Shown here: positions 20,837 through 32,352 of the stretch, piece by piece
Layout of the letters: every line of letters starts with the position of its first letter
How positions within the stretch are numbered: position 1 is the stretch's first letter
Assembly (NCBI GenBank): GCA_963682125.1
Contig: OY821640.1
Span: 1,833,669 to 1,897,668 of the forward strand
DNA: 64,000 bases
Reading direction: 5' to 3'
Source: Methyloprofundus sp.
GTDB lineage: Bacteria > Pseudomonadota > Gammaproteobacteria > Methylococcales > Methylomonadaceae
Program-made: the position numbers and the translations under genes
The notes under the pieces: generated by a model
Databases searched by the model: none
Told to the model about the DNA's origin: nothing
What the model saw: the letters and a program-made list of their open reading frames with translations, nothing else

Positions 20837-21119
20837 TAGGCGCGCCATTCCTACTTCATGAAACATTGGGATGTCCTATCGCTAATCTTCATTCAGCACA
20901 GAGCGATTTATGGGGGCCCCAGTTCGTCCTGCGTCCAACTCAACTACGCAAAAAACACTGCTTCGTTAAGTCTACCTCAAATGACTTGACGGCTGTCGGG
21001 ATAACTACTTGCCTCCCGAGCGAACTGACCAGTTCACTTCGGATTGGCGAATTTCCCTGTCGCCTACTGCTGACTAAAAATCATCACTTCGCTACGCTCC
21101 GTTTCCCTGATTTTCAGCG
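20837..21119 (+). mobile_element. 283-bp TIR-less element (family R)
   Basis: TAGGCGCGCC...CCCTGATTTTCAGCG, near-identical to 38853-39134 and 50346-50628. Confidence 0.9.
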
Positions 21120-21304
21120 ATAGAGCTTTAAGAATGATATTCATTTTTCAGCCTATAAAAGCTCTTTGTAATTAATTAGTTACGCTTAACTTACTGGCAT
21201 TGGGGATTACCCCTACGATGACAACTCACATCTTAGAATAATTAGACCTTATTACTTATGCCTAACATCAGTAATTAACTTAATCAAAAACCCCTCACCT
21301 AAGC

Positions 21305-21360
21305 AGAAGACCGCTGTTCCGTTTAGTTAACACCACATATCTTCATTAATTTTGGGTATA
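21305..21360. repeat. Partial ERIC-like MITE overlapping the zipA stop codon
   Basis: GAAGACCGCTGTTCC..TTTAGTTAA..ATCTTCATTAATTTTGGGTATA matches the right half of 55345-55482. Confidence 0.75.
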
Positions 21361-22161
21361 AAGCTGTAACCTAGCCTCCAAGTTATTAACCGTTCCTTCT
21401 GTTAAAGGCTGCTTATCTGAATCAAGAATATCGCCATGTAATAACGCTGATAATTGTCCTAAAGTATTAATTAAATCATCAAACACAGCAGCAGCATCTT
21501 CTACTTCTCTTGGCTGCATAAAAAAGTTTACCCCAGGGCAATGATAAGTTTCCCAGTGTTCTTTAGGGAAAGTCCCTTCTCCCATCATGCTTGCAACAGC
21601 ATAATCTACACGATTTTCACTATCTAAACGTTCAAAGACTTGCACACTGCCAAAAACTAAACCAACATAGTCAAAGGCATCTAATAAATCTGGCCCTGTA
21701 AATTTCTCGCCTTGTTTAGCAACAAGACTAAATTGTAATAAAGCAGGTAATACTTTTTTTTCTACGACAGGCGGCGGTGTAGATTTAGCTGTATTTTGTG
21801 TCGCTGTTTGCAGGTACTCAGGATTTAAACGTGCTCTTACTTCTCCTGTAGATGAAGCTGTTTCAGTTGCATGCTGATATTCTTCTTTGCTATCTAAAGA
21901 AACACCCGTACCTGCATGTTTTTTGCCTAAAGGAATAACTTCAAAATCATCCTTTTCTGGTTGTAGTGAAACAATATCAAAATCATCATCATTGATATTC
22001 ATCACCAAGCGTGAGTCTATATTATCAAAAGGATCATGGTCATCGTAAAAATTAATCTCTCTGCGTTTTTTCTTACTTTTAAACAAACCCCACACTAACA
22101 TTAATAAAATTACGCTAGCCCCTACTGCAATAATCACTATTCTTAATAATTCTTTATCCAT
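21346..22161 (-). CDS. zipA: Cell division protein ZipA
   Basis: N-terminal TM anchor (MDKELLRIVIIAVG), acidic/Pro linker, C-terminal ZipA domain; downstream of smc. Confidence 0.8.
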   Translation of the reverse strand: MDKELLRIVIIAVGASVILLMLVWGLFKSKKKRREINFYDDHDPFDNIDSRLVMNINDDDFDIVSLQPEKDDFEVIPLGKKHAGTGVSLDSKEEYQHATETASSTGEVRARLNPEYLQTATQNTAKSTPPPVVEKKVLPALLQFSLVAKQGEKFTGPDLLDAFDYVGLVFGSVQVFERLDSENRVDYAVASMMGEGTFPKEHWETYHCPGVNFFMQPREVEDAAAVFDDLINTLGQLSALLHGDILDSDKQPLTEGTVNNLEARLQLYTQN

Positions 22162-22162
22162 C

Positions 22163-25100
22163 TTAACTTTCCGCCATTTGAACTGCTTCTTGAATATCGA
22201 CCGCTACCATACGCGAAACACCCGGTTCTTTCATGGTAACCCCTGCTAATTGATGTGCAATTTCCATTGTTACTTTATTATGTGAAATATATAAAAACTG
22301 CACAGTTTCTGACATTTCTTTTACCATTTCTGAAAACCGCCTAACATTGGCTTCATCCAATGGCGCATCCACCTCATCCAGCAAACAAAAAGGTGCTGGA
22401 TTAAGCTCAAAAATTGAAAATACTAATGCCACGGCAGTTAACGCCTTTTCTCCACCTGATAACAGATGAATTGAACTATTTCGTTTACCTGGTGGCTGAG
22501 CAATAATATTAACACCACTTTCCAACAAATTATCATCCGTTAAACTAAGGTACGCCTTGCCTCCACCAAATAATTTAGGAAACTTAGTTTGTAATCCAGC
22601 ATTTATTTTATCAAAAGTTTGCTTAAAACGCTGCCGACTTTCATTATCAATTTTAACAATGGCCTCTTCAAGCATCAATAAAGAAGCTGTTAAATCTGCA
22701 TGCTGCGTATTTAAAAAATCCATGCGCTCTTTTTGCGCTTTATGCTCATCAATTGCGGTTAAATTAATACTTCCCAACCTGGCAATGGTCACTGCTAGCT
22801 CATCAATTTTATTTTTCCAGCTCAGCTCTTCAGCTTGCTCTGGAATTGCCTTGATGACTTGCTGGATATCTACATCGACACTAAATTCATCCAACTGCTC
22901 TTTTACCGTTTGTTGACGCACACGGCTTTCTTGCTGCTCAAGTCGAACACTTTCCAGTAACTCTTTCTTTTTCTCAACACCTTGCTGTACAACTAAAAAT
23001 GTTTCAGCATCATTGGCAATTTTTTCCTCTAATTCTGCTTGCTGCTCCCGATGATATGCTAAAGCTTGCTCTAATTTTGTTTGCTGTTTAATAAACTCAA
23101 GCAACTCAGTACGTTTATCATCCATAGGCTCAGATGTATGCTGTAATTTTGCACTTAAAGCATTCATTCGCTCCTGCACTTGCTCAAGCTGCTCATTAAT
23201 GCGCATTATTTGTTTTTCTGTCAACACTTCAGCTGACTTTAAGCTCGCTATTTTAGCTTGCAAACTATGTAGCTGCTGCCTGCAATCATTTAATTGTTTA
23301 TTGCTTTGCTCGACTTCTGATTGCAGCGCATTATCTTTTTGCTCTAAGCGGTATTGCGTATCTTCTAGGCCTTCTAATGCCATTTCAGCTTGCTCTTTAA
23401 TCATTCCAGCCTCTTCACAAACCTCCCGACTATCTAAAAGCTGGCTATTAATATCATCTATTTCAGCGTTAATTTGCAGCAACCTCTGCTGCTGCTCTTC
23501 TGTGCGTGCAGAGTGAGCGCTAAACTCAGCAGTCTTTAATGAAAGTTCCGTACTAAATTGCTTGTCCTGTTCTTGTAAAGACTCACGTTTTTGTTCTGAA
23601 GTTTTTAAAAAAGATTCCACCGCCTCTAATTGGTCTTCCGAAACAATAACTTGTGCTTGCAAAATAACCTGCTCTTCTTTTAACAGACGTAACTCTTTTT
23701 CACGCTGTAATACCCCAGTTTTAGCATCACTTTCACCGATAACTTTAATCCAGCCATACCCCATCCATGTGCCTTGTGGAGTGATAACTGACTCATAGTG
23801 CTTAATTTTTTCTACAATAATTCTTGCTTGCTCAGAATTATCCGCACAATAAATGCCCGACAATAACCCCTGCAAATTCCAAGGGGTTTGGATTTTATCT
23901 AATAACCGAATTAAGCCATTATTTTCCGCAGTTTGAGATTCCATTTGCGTTTCAAACAAACTCACAGACTGATTACTTAATGAAGCTAATTCTTGAATAA
24001 GCTGATCGGCGCTATCAATACAAACCGCCTCTAAGTAACTACCTAATACCGTTTCTACTGCATTATCCCAACCACTCTCTACCTCAATAAATTCAGCTAG
24101 ACGTTGATTATCAGTCAATGCCATTCTATCAAGCCAATGGCTAAGTTTTTGCTTATCTTTCCCCATTGCATACTGCTGCAACAACTCCAAAGAAGTAACC
24201 TTGCCTTTTATACCCTGTAATTCAGATCGATGCGTATGCAAAGTATCATGCTGCAATTTAATCTCTTGCCTAAATTCTTTAATAGAGATTTGTTCAGCAT
24301 TCATGCTTAATTGCAATTGTTTTCGCTGCACTTCAATCACATTAATTTCTTGATCTAACTGCTCAATTTCATCATGTAAGCTTTGCTCATTAAGCTCTTC
24401 TTGCTCACCTTGTAATCGTTGCAAACGACTTTGCAATTGAAAGCTTTGGTTTTCTAATTGAGCAATTTGCATGCGCTTAACTTCGGCTTGTTCTCGATAG
24501 CTCGCAGTTTGATTTTTATACGCCTCCCACTCCTGCTGCCATGCTAAACGCTGTGCTTGTATTTCTTGCTGCGCTTCATGCAAATCATCCTCACGCTCTT
24601 GAGCAATAAAGGCCGCTTCTTCCGTTTCTTGTAAAAGCATTTTATGCTCTTCCAGCTGCATAACATCCTCAGCTAAGGTTTCTTGCAATTGTTGCACTTG
24701 GCTTGCTAATCGCTGGCTTTCTACTTTTGCTTCTTCATGTGATTGTTCATTATGCGTAATTAGCTGCTGTAATCGATTAATTTCAGTGGCAAGCTTATAA
24801 AAATTTTCCTGTTCACTATCAATTGTGATGCCCTGATTTTTATGCTGTTCTCGTAAAGTTTCCAGTGTTTCTTGTAATTCCTTACGCTCTAAAAATAAAT
24901 GATTATGAGCTACCGCCACTTCTTGCAATTTATTTTCTAACTGCTGATAACTGGCTTGATGTGAATACCAGCGCATTGCTAATAATTCCAATTTAAAAGT
25001 CCGCTCCTGTGCTTTTAAATCAGTGTATTTTTTCGCTTTTTCCGCTTGTTTCTGTAGATTTTTAAGCTGTTTTTCAATCTCATCGCGTACATCATCTAAT

Positions 25101-25678
25101 CGCTCAAGATTTTCGCGCGAATGACGAATGCGTATTTCAGTCTCATTACGACGCTCTTTATACTTAGTAACACCCGCCGCTTCATCTATATGAGTACGTA
25201 GCTCATCAGGTTTAGACTCTACAAGACGAGAAATCGTACCTTGCTCAATAATCGCATAACTACGCGCCCCTAAACCGGTCCCTAAAAATAAATCGGTGAT
25301 ATCTTTACGACGACATTTTGACCCATTAAACTGATAAACGGATTTGCCATCACGACTAATTTCTCTTTTGATCGCAATACTGGTGTATTTAGCATACTCA
25401 CCACCCGCCTTACCTTCGCTATTATCAAAGACTAATTCAACAGAAGCCGTACTCACTGCTTTACGCCCTGAAGAACCATTAAAGATAACATCCGTCATAC
25501 TTCCACCGCGCAAGTGCTTAGCTGAGCTTTCACCCATCACCCAACGTACTGCATCGATAATATTAGATTTTCCACAACCATTTGGCCCAACAATGCTGAT
25601 TAAGTTACCTTTAATCGGTACCGTGGTTGCATCAACGAATGATTTAAATCCTGAAAGTTTAATTTTTTCCAGCTTCAT
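22163..25678 (-). CDS. smc: Chromosome partition protein SMC
   Basis: MKLEKIKLSGFKSF (likely start 25678), GPNGCGKSN, long coiled coils, LSGGEKAL, LDEVDAPLD. Confidence 0.95.
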   Translation of the reverse strand: MKLEKIKLSGFKSFVDATTVPIKGNLISIVGPNGCGKSNIIDAVRWVMGESSAKHLRGGSMTDVIFNGSSGRKAVSTASVELVFDNSEGKAGGEYAKYTSIAIKREISRDGKSVYQFNGSKCRRKDITDLFLGTGLGARSYAIIEQGTISRLVESKPDELRTHIDEAAGVTKYKERRNETEIRIRHSRENLERLDDVRDEIEKQLKNLQKQAEKAKKYTDLKAQERTFKLELLAMRWYSHQASYQQLENKLQEVAVAHNHLFLERKELQETLETLREQHKNQGITIDSEQENFYKLATEINRLQQLITHNEQSHEEAKVESQRLASQVQQLQETLAEDVMQLEEHKMLLQETEEAAFIAQEREDDLHEAQQEIQAQRLAWQQEWEAYKNQTASYREQAEVKRMQIAQLENQSFQLQSRLQRLQGEQEELNEQSLHDEIEQLDQEINVIEVQRKQLQLSMNAEQISIKEFRQEIKLQHDTLHTHRSELQGIKGKVTSLELLQQYAMGKDKQKLSHWLDRMALTDNQRLAEFIEVESGWDNAVETVLGSYLEAVCIDSADQLIQELASLSNQSVSLFETQMESQTAENNGLIRLLDKIQTPWNLQGLLSGIYCADNSEQARIIVEKIKHYESVITPQGTWMGYGWIKVIGESDAKTGVLQREKELRLLKEEQVILQAQVIVSEDQLEAVESFLKTSEQKRESLQEQDKQFSTELSLKTAEFSAHSARTEEQQQRLLQINAEIDDINSQLLDSREVCEEAGMIKEQAEMALEGLEDTQYRLEQKDNALQSEVEQSNKQLNDCRQQLHSLQAKIASLKSAEVLTEKQIMRINEQLEQVQERMNALSAKLQHTSEPMDDKRTELLEFIKQQTKLEQALAYHREQQAELEEKIANDAETFLVVQQGVEKKKELLESVRLEQQESRVRQQTVKEQLDEFSVDVDIQQVIKAIPEQAEELSWKNKIDELAVTIARLGSINLTAIDEHKAQKERMDFLNTQHADLTASLLMLEEAIVKIDNESRQRFKQTFDKINAGLQTKFPKLFGGGKAYLSLTDDNLLESGVNIIAQPPGKRNSSIHLLSGGEKALTAVALVFSIFELNPAPFCLLDEVDAPLDEANVRRFSEMVKEMSETVQFLYISHNKVTMEIAHQLAGVTMKEPGVSRMVAVDIQEAVQMAES

Positions 25679-25771
25679 TACTGGTAAAATACCCGATTTA
25701 TTAAAATCAGTCATTATACTTTATGCAGACATAAGGTAGACGGCTAAATCATATTTGAAAGATAGATTATT

Positions 25772-26161
25772 ATGGCAACAACACCTAGCAAAGATTTACA
25801 AGCATTTGATAACCCGCAACCAGGACGTGATTTCACCATCCGCATTGATACTCCTGAATTTACTTGCCTCTGCCCTTTAACCGGCCAACCTGACTTTGCT
25901 ACAATCACCATAGAATATGTACCAGACAAACTTTGTATTGAGTTAAAAGCACTAAAACTTTATTTCTGGACCTTCCGCGAACGTGGTGCATTTCATGAAG
26001 CTGTGACCAATGAGTTTTTAAACGACATCGTTAAAGTAATTCAACCCAATTTCATACGTATAAAAGCGGACTTCAATGTACGTGGTGGTGTTTATACTTC
26101 TGTCATCGTAGAGCACAGAAATCCTGATTGGATTACGCCTGAGTTAGTACAACTACCTTAA
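25772..26161 (+). CDS. queF: NADPH-dependent 7-cyano-7-deazaguanine reductase (short type)
   Basis: [30 protein letters not shown] motifs. Confidence 0.95.
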   Translation: MATTPSKDLQAFDNPQPGRDFTIRIDTPEFTCLCPLTGQPDFATITIEYVPDKLCIELKALKLYFWTFRERGAFHEAVTNEFLNDIVKVIQPNFIRIKADFNVRGGVYTSVIVEHRNPDWITPELVQLP

Positions 26162-26229
26162 TATATTCTATTCTTTAGCCTGCACTCCTCTTGTAGGCTA
26201 AAAATTTACACCCCCTATTTTAGAAAAAC

Positions 26230-26454
26230 ATGCCGACAAACAAAACTAAAAACCCAGATGATATTATCTGCGGCTGCACAGGTACGACCAAAGAAAAAGT
26301 AAAACAACTGATACAATCTGGTATTACCGATGTTAATGATATTGCTAGTAAAACAGGCGCAACTACGGGATGTGGGTCTTGCGATATAGATATTGTTGCT
26401 TTTGTAGAAAATGTAAAAGACCAGAAAAATAAGTCTAATACACATACAAACTAG
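26230..26454 (+). CDS. BFD-like [2Fe-2S]-binding protein
   Basis: ICGC...TGATTGCGSC pattern. Confidence 0.8.
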   Translation: MPTNKTKNPDDIICGCTGTTKEKVKQLIQSGITDVNDIASKTGATTGCGSCDIDIVAFVENVKDQKNKSNTHTN

Positions 26455-26460
26455 GCAAGC

Positions 26461-26574
26461 TATACTCAAGCTACTTGAAGATGCCAATTTAAAAAACTGC
26501 GAGCTTTAGTCGCAAAATACTTGATCTGTAATTACAGTGACTTCCTCGCTCGTCACCTCCTAGTTAAAATCACG
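26461..26574. repeat. Truncated ERIC-like MITE
   Basis: TATACTCAAGCTACTTGAAGATGC start and TAGTTAAAATCACGC block match 55345-55482; right terminus absent. Confidence 0.7.
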
Positions 26575-26640
26575 CCCCCTACCAAAATCATCAGACATAA
26601 AAAAACCCCGCTATATTTGCATATAACGAGGTTCTAAATA

Positions 26641-26716
26641 TGGAGCTGATGATGGGAATCGAACCCGCGACCTGCTGATTACAAATCAGCTGCTCTACCG
26701 ATTGAGCTACATCAGC
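26641..26716 (-). tRNA. tRNA-Thr(UGU)
   Basis: GCTGATGTAGCTCAATCGGTAGAGCAGCTGATT-TGT-AATCAGCAGGTCGCGGGTTCGATTCCCATCATCAGCTCCA: 76 nt, cloverleaf, TTCGA T-loop, encoded CCA. Confidence 0.97.
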
Positions 26717-26762
26717 TAAAGAACCGGTATTATAAGGAGTGTTCTCATTTATGTAAAGAACT

Positions 26763-28831
26763 TTATCTTGCTCGGTGGATTTTTTTCTTATGTGGCACCC
26801 ATTTATTATTGTTTTCAGTACGTTGTGTTCTAAATGACTTTCCTTGTGGTTTATTAGTGTTGCGCGCACTGCCACCTTCTTTTGGGTTCCAATTAGGAAT
26901 TAGCTGCTGTTTACCATTACCAATTAAATCTGCCCTACCCATTTTTTTTAATGCTTCTCTTAATAAAGCCCAATTTTTAGGATCATGATAACGCAAAAAT
27001 GCTTTATGCAAACGACGCTGTTTGATGCCTTTGGGAATTGAGACATCAGAATCACGACCACGTGTTACTTTATGCAAGGTATCTTTACCTGAATAATACA
27101 TCGCACTGGCAATAGACATCGGTGAAGGCAAAAAGGCTTGCACTTGGTCTGCTCGAAAGCCATTTCTTTTAAGCCATAAAGCTAAATTCAGCATATCCTT
27201 ATCTTCAGTTCCTGGATGTGCGGCAATAAAGTAAGGAATCAAGTATTGCTCTTTTCCGGCTTCTTTGGAATACTTTTCGAACATTTTTTTAAAGGCATCA
27301 TAAGTTCCCATGCCTGGTTTCATCATTTTATTTAAAGGGGCATCTTCGGTGTGCTCTGGCGCAATTTTCAAATAACCACCCACATGATGTGTGACAAGCT
27401 CTTTTACATATTCGGGAGATTTTACGGCTAAGTCATAGCGTAAACCAGAAGCAATAAAAACCTTCTTAATGCCTTTTAAAGCGCGCGCACGTTTATATAA
27501 TTTTATTAGAGGTGTGTGGTTGGTGTCTAGGTTGTCACAAATCCCCGGAAAAACACAAGAAGGCTTACGGCAAGCTTCTTCTATTTTTTCATCCTTACAA
27601 GCTAAACGATACATATTGGCAGTTGGCCCACCTAAATCAGATATATTTCCTCTAAAAGTAGGTGATATATCACGAATGGCTTCTATTTCTTTGATAATCG
27701 AATCTTCTGAGCGACTTTGAATAATTCGCCCCTCATGTTCTGTAATCGAGCAAAAAGAGCAGCCGCCAAAGCAACCACGCATAATATTAACGGAATGCTC
27801 AATCATTTCAAAGGCAGGAATATTAGCTTTTCCATACTGCGTATGCGGTAAGCGTGAATACGATAAACCAAATACTCCATCCATTTCACTAGTTGTCAGC
27901 GGAATGGGGGGAGGATTAATCCATAACAGCCGCTGCATATGCTTCTGCAACAAAGGCCTTGCATTACCTGGGTTAGTCTCACCATGCATCACCCGCGACG
28001 CATGTGCGTACTGTACGGGATCATCTTTAACAGTATCGTAATCTGGTAATCGAATAATTGTTTTTAGGCGCTGGTCATTACTAATTTTAGAGCTTTCAAT
28101 CTCCGTAGTTTTACGCCCTTCTTCTGCTTTGCTCGCACAAGCTGAATCCTCTTCCATTTGATAGGGATTTTTAGGCTTGATAACAAGCCCCGGTTTATCA
28201 ATATCTGATGAATCTTTAATCGCCCAATCAAAAGGCACTTGTTTTACAAAATGTACGGTTCCGCGTATGCCTTTTAAGTCAGTCACTAATTCATTTGCAG
28301 CTAAGCAATGTGCTATCTCGACAATTTGCCTTTCTGCATTCCCATAAACTAATAAGTCAGCTTTAGAATCCAATAATACTGATTTTCTAACCTTATCTGA
28401 CCAATAATCATAGTGTGCTATACGTCGTAAACTGGCTTCAATACCACCAATAATAATAGGCACTTCTTTATATGCCTCACGGCAGCGATGTGAATAGACA
28501 TTAACCGCTCTATGGAATCCATATTGCCACCGGTTACTCCAAAAAAGAGATTAGGCTTTCCTAGGCGCTTAAAATCATCCGCACTTTTCCAATCAGGTTG
28601 AGAGATGATACCCACTCGAAAACCTTGAGCTTCTAATACACGCCCGATCACTGCCATACCGAAACTTGGGTGATCAACATAAGCATCCCCAGTTACTAAA
28701 ATCACATCACAGCTATCCCAACCTAATGCCTCCATTTCTTCCATCGACATAGGAAGCTCCTTTGCCGATCCAAAACGTTGTGCCCAATATTTTCGGTATG
28801 AAAAAATATGCTTGGCATCTAAAATATTCAT
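26763..28831 (-). pseudogene. ygiQ: YgiQ-family radical SAM protein, frameshifted by an internal deletion
   Basis: ORF 28418-28831 ([15 protein letters not shown]) and ORF 26763-28463 ([10 protein letters not shown]). The frame changes at ..[29 protein letters not shown]. Confidence 0.8.
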
Positions 28832-29634
28832 GATTTGATAACTCTTTTTAATACACTACTATTATTTCTTTTTAAATCTTTTATAAAATTTAAAAATTCA
28901 ATCTGATATTGTTCATCAAGCTGTTTAGCTCTTGTTCTTAAGGCTTTCATAGAAAAATCAGGATGTCCTTCTGCAAAAGCTAAAGCAATGATATTACCTC
29001 GTCCACGCACCGGTAAAAATAATATTTTCCACTCAAAAACCGTACCCATTTCCCATGCAATTTGCTGAAACAATTCTTTATCATTACCCCATAAATTAAT
29101 TACCAACATGCCTTTATTCGATAATAAGATTTTGCAGGCAGAAAATAAATTAGACCCCTGCATGGTATCCGCCATACCGACATCATCAAAAGCATCGATT
29201 ATAATTAAGTCATGCTGTTCAGAGTTTAGCCTACTTTGCTGTTTGATATATTCTGCGCCATCACCTACTTTTATTTTAAGGCGAGGCTCTAAAGGCAGCT
29301 GAAAAAATCGCCTGGCAACTTTTATGATTGCCTGACGAAATTCTATGGTTTTTATTTGGCAATTGGGGAATTGATACAATAAATATTTGGTTAATAAGCC
29401 ACCACCTAAGCCTATCATCAAAACATCATCGGGTTGCTCTTTAAAAAGTAACCAGCTCATCATTGCCTTTGCATAAGCGGAGTGCAATAGCTGAGGCTCT
29501 GCTATGAACATGCTACTTTGTCGTGGACTTGTACCAAAATATAAAGAACGCACGCCGTCGGTAGTTTCTACAATTTCAATAAGGCCTTGCTCATCAAATT
29601 CTTGGTGAACGAGTTGGCCATCATATTTTTGCAT
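28828..29634 (-). CDS. Spermidine synthase-like SAM-dependent transferase
   Basis: RSLYFG...[20 protein letters not shown]; likely start MQKYDG at 29634. Confidence 0.8.
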   Translation of the reverse strand: MQKYDGQLVHQEFDEQGLIEIVETTDGVRSLYFGTSPRQSSMFIAEPQLLHSAYAKAMMSWLLFKEQPDDVLMIGLGGGLLTKYLLYQFPNCQIKTIEFRQAIIKVARRFFQLPLEPRLKIKVGDGAEYIKQQSRLNSEQHDLIIIDAFDDVGMADTMQGSNLFSACKILLSNKGMLVINLWGNDKELFQQIAWEMGTVFEWKILFLPVRGRGNIIALAFAEGHPDFSMKALRTRAKQLDEQYQIEFLNFIKDLKRNNSSVLKRVIKS

Positions 29635-29671
29635 GCTAACGGGACTTTTGAAGGGATGAAAAATACATTCT

Positions 29672-29711
29672 CGTAGGATGGGCACGTCGTACCTCCTTTG
29701 CCCATCCTACG
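29672..29711. repeat. Single GTAG-type REP hairpin
   Basis: CGTAGGATGGGCA ... TGCCCATCCTACG perfect 13-bp stem. Confidence 0.75.
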
Positions 29712-29725
29712 TAAAACTAAGACTC

Positions 29726-31048
<1,323 letters not shown>

Positions 31049-32242
31049 TTAATTTAATGGGACAAGAACCCAGTTCTCATCAATTTTTTCTAATTTTTGG
31101 TTACATGCTAATTGCTTAGCTGCGTCTTGTTGCCCTGATAATTCTTTAATTACAATGCAACCTGTCGCGCGTAATTCACGAACTTTCACATCTAATGACG
31201 AGTCACCTTTGGCAATAGGCGCTAATATTTTATTAACTGCTTCGTCAGAGGCTTTAGTTTTACTTAATCTTGCCAGTACTTTTAAATCAGCACTAAATCC
31301 AGTTGCAGGTCTTGCTGAGCCAAAAATCTGCCCGATATTATCATACCGGCCACCACGTGCTATTTCTTTACCCACTTGTGGAACAAATGCCGAAAAGACT
31401 ATCCCTGTGTGATAGTGATAACCTCGCAACTCTGCTAAATCAAAACTAATCGTTAACTGTGGGTAGTTACTCTGTAAAACATCTGCTAAACCTTGTAGTT
31501 CAGTTAATGCACTTTTAATATCACCACTCACTGCCGATAATAATTGCAATGCACGCTTAAGAACAGTGCTATCCCCATTTAACTTCGGCAATTCTAAAAA
31601 TATTTTATAAAGTTCAGGTTTAAGCTGATAGCTATCTAATAAAACCTCTAACTCAACGTTCGATTTACATTGCAGTACATTAAATAATTCAATTTCTTGC
31701 TCTGCAGTCAAACCTGCTTGCTCTACTAGTCCGCGATAAATACCGACATGTCCAATATCAAGATGTACATTTTGTAAGCCAGCTTGAGCTAAGATTTCCA
31801 GCATTAGTTGCACAACTTCTGTATCACTATCTATTCCAGTATGGCCAAATAGTTCCGCGCCTATTTGCATAGGAATTCTAGTTTTATCTAATGAATTCCC
31901 GCGTGTGTGCATTGTTGTGCCTACATAACACAAGCGTGAAGATTGTTGATGACTCAGGCTATGCGCATCAATCCGTGCAACTTGTGGTGTCATATCAGCA
32001 CGAATACCTAGCATTTCACCGCTTAATTGATCTGTTATTTTAAATGTTTGTAAATTTAAATCATGCCCAGACCCTGTTAACAGTGAATCAACATAATCAA
32101 TAAAAGGGGGATTTACTTTTTCATAGCCCCAGCACTCAAATACATCCAATAATTGGCGGCGGATTTTTTCTAAGTGTTTTGCATCTTCAGGAAGTACTTC
32201 TTCAACACCTTCAGGCAATAACCACGGATCTCTATGCAACAT
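31049..32242 (-). CDS. hisZ: ATP phosphoribosyltransferase regulatory subunit
   Basis: WLLPEG.EE.LP, IRADMTPQVARIDA, GGRYD..G..FG..RPATGFS; upstream of purA. Confidence 0.92.
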   Translation of the reverse strand: MLHRDPWLLPEGVEEVLPEDAKHLEKIRRQLLDVFECWGYEKVNPPFIDYVDSLLTGSGHDLNLQTFKITDQLSGEMLGIRADMTPQVARIDAHSLSHQQSSRLCYVGTTMHTRGNSLDKTRIPMQIGAELFGHTGIDSDTEVVQLMLEILAQAGLQNVHLDIGHVGIYRGLVEQAGLTAEQEIELFNVLQCKSNVELEVLLDSYQLKPELYKIFLELPKLNGDSTVLKRALQLLSAVSGDIKSALTELQGLADVLQSNYPQLTISFDLAELRGYHYHTGIVFSAFVPQVGKEIARGGRYDNIGQIFGSARPATGFSADLKVLARLSKTKASDEAVNKILAPIAKGDSSLDVKVRELRATGCIVIKELSGQQDAAKQLACNQKLEKIDENWVLVPLN

Positions 32243-32262
32243 TTTTTTATCCAATACACACA

Positions 32263-32296
32263 AAAAACGCTCTACCAAGGCAGAGCGTTTCTTTTG
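32263..32296. terminator. Probable intrinsic terminator after hflC
   Basis: AAAAAACGCTCT-loop-AGAGCGTTTCTTTT hairpin. Confidence 0.55.
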
Positions 32297-32352
32297 TTAA
32301 ACACAGGTGAATTTATAACAGACACCTTTATTAATTTTAACTTAAGCTTAGT

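Larger units (their letters stand above)
18446..21202 (+). mobile_element. IS4-family insertion sequence (pseudogenised, carrying two further insertions)
   Basis: TIR CAATGCCAGTAAGTTAAG / CTTAACTTACTGGCATTG; TSD GGGATTGCCC / GGGATTACCC. Transposase fragments AFIRNRILSFPTLILY.., VTKSAFFQARKQL, AVDGSSIRLP, YDRGYP, LYYLRWGIEENY..LK, ..AYKSSL*. Confidence 0.9.
18326..21271 (+). mobile_element. REP-doublet MITE (family A) split by a nested IS4 element
   Basis: Left half 18326-18445 and right half 21203-21271 match 8059-8234. Confidence 0.85.

Noticed and set aside
26641-26716. tRNA-Thr as an island integration site
   Set aside because: No duplicated tRNA 3' end or integrase; flanked by housekeeping genes and one MITE fragment.
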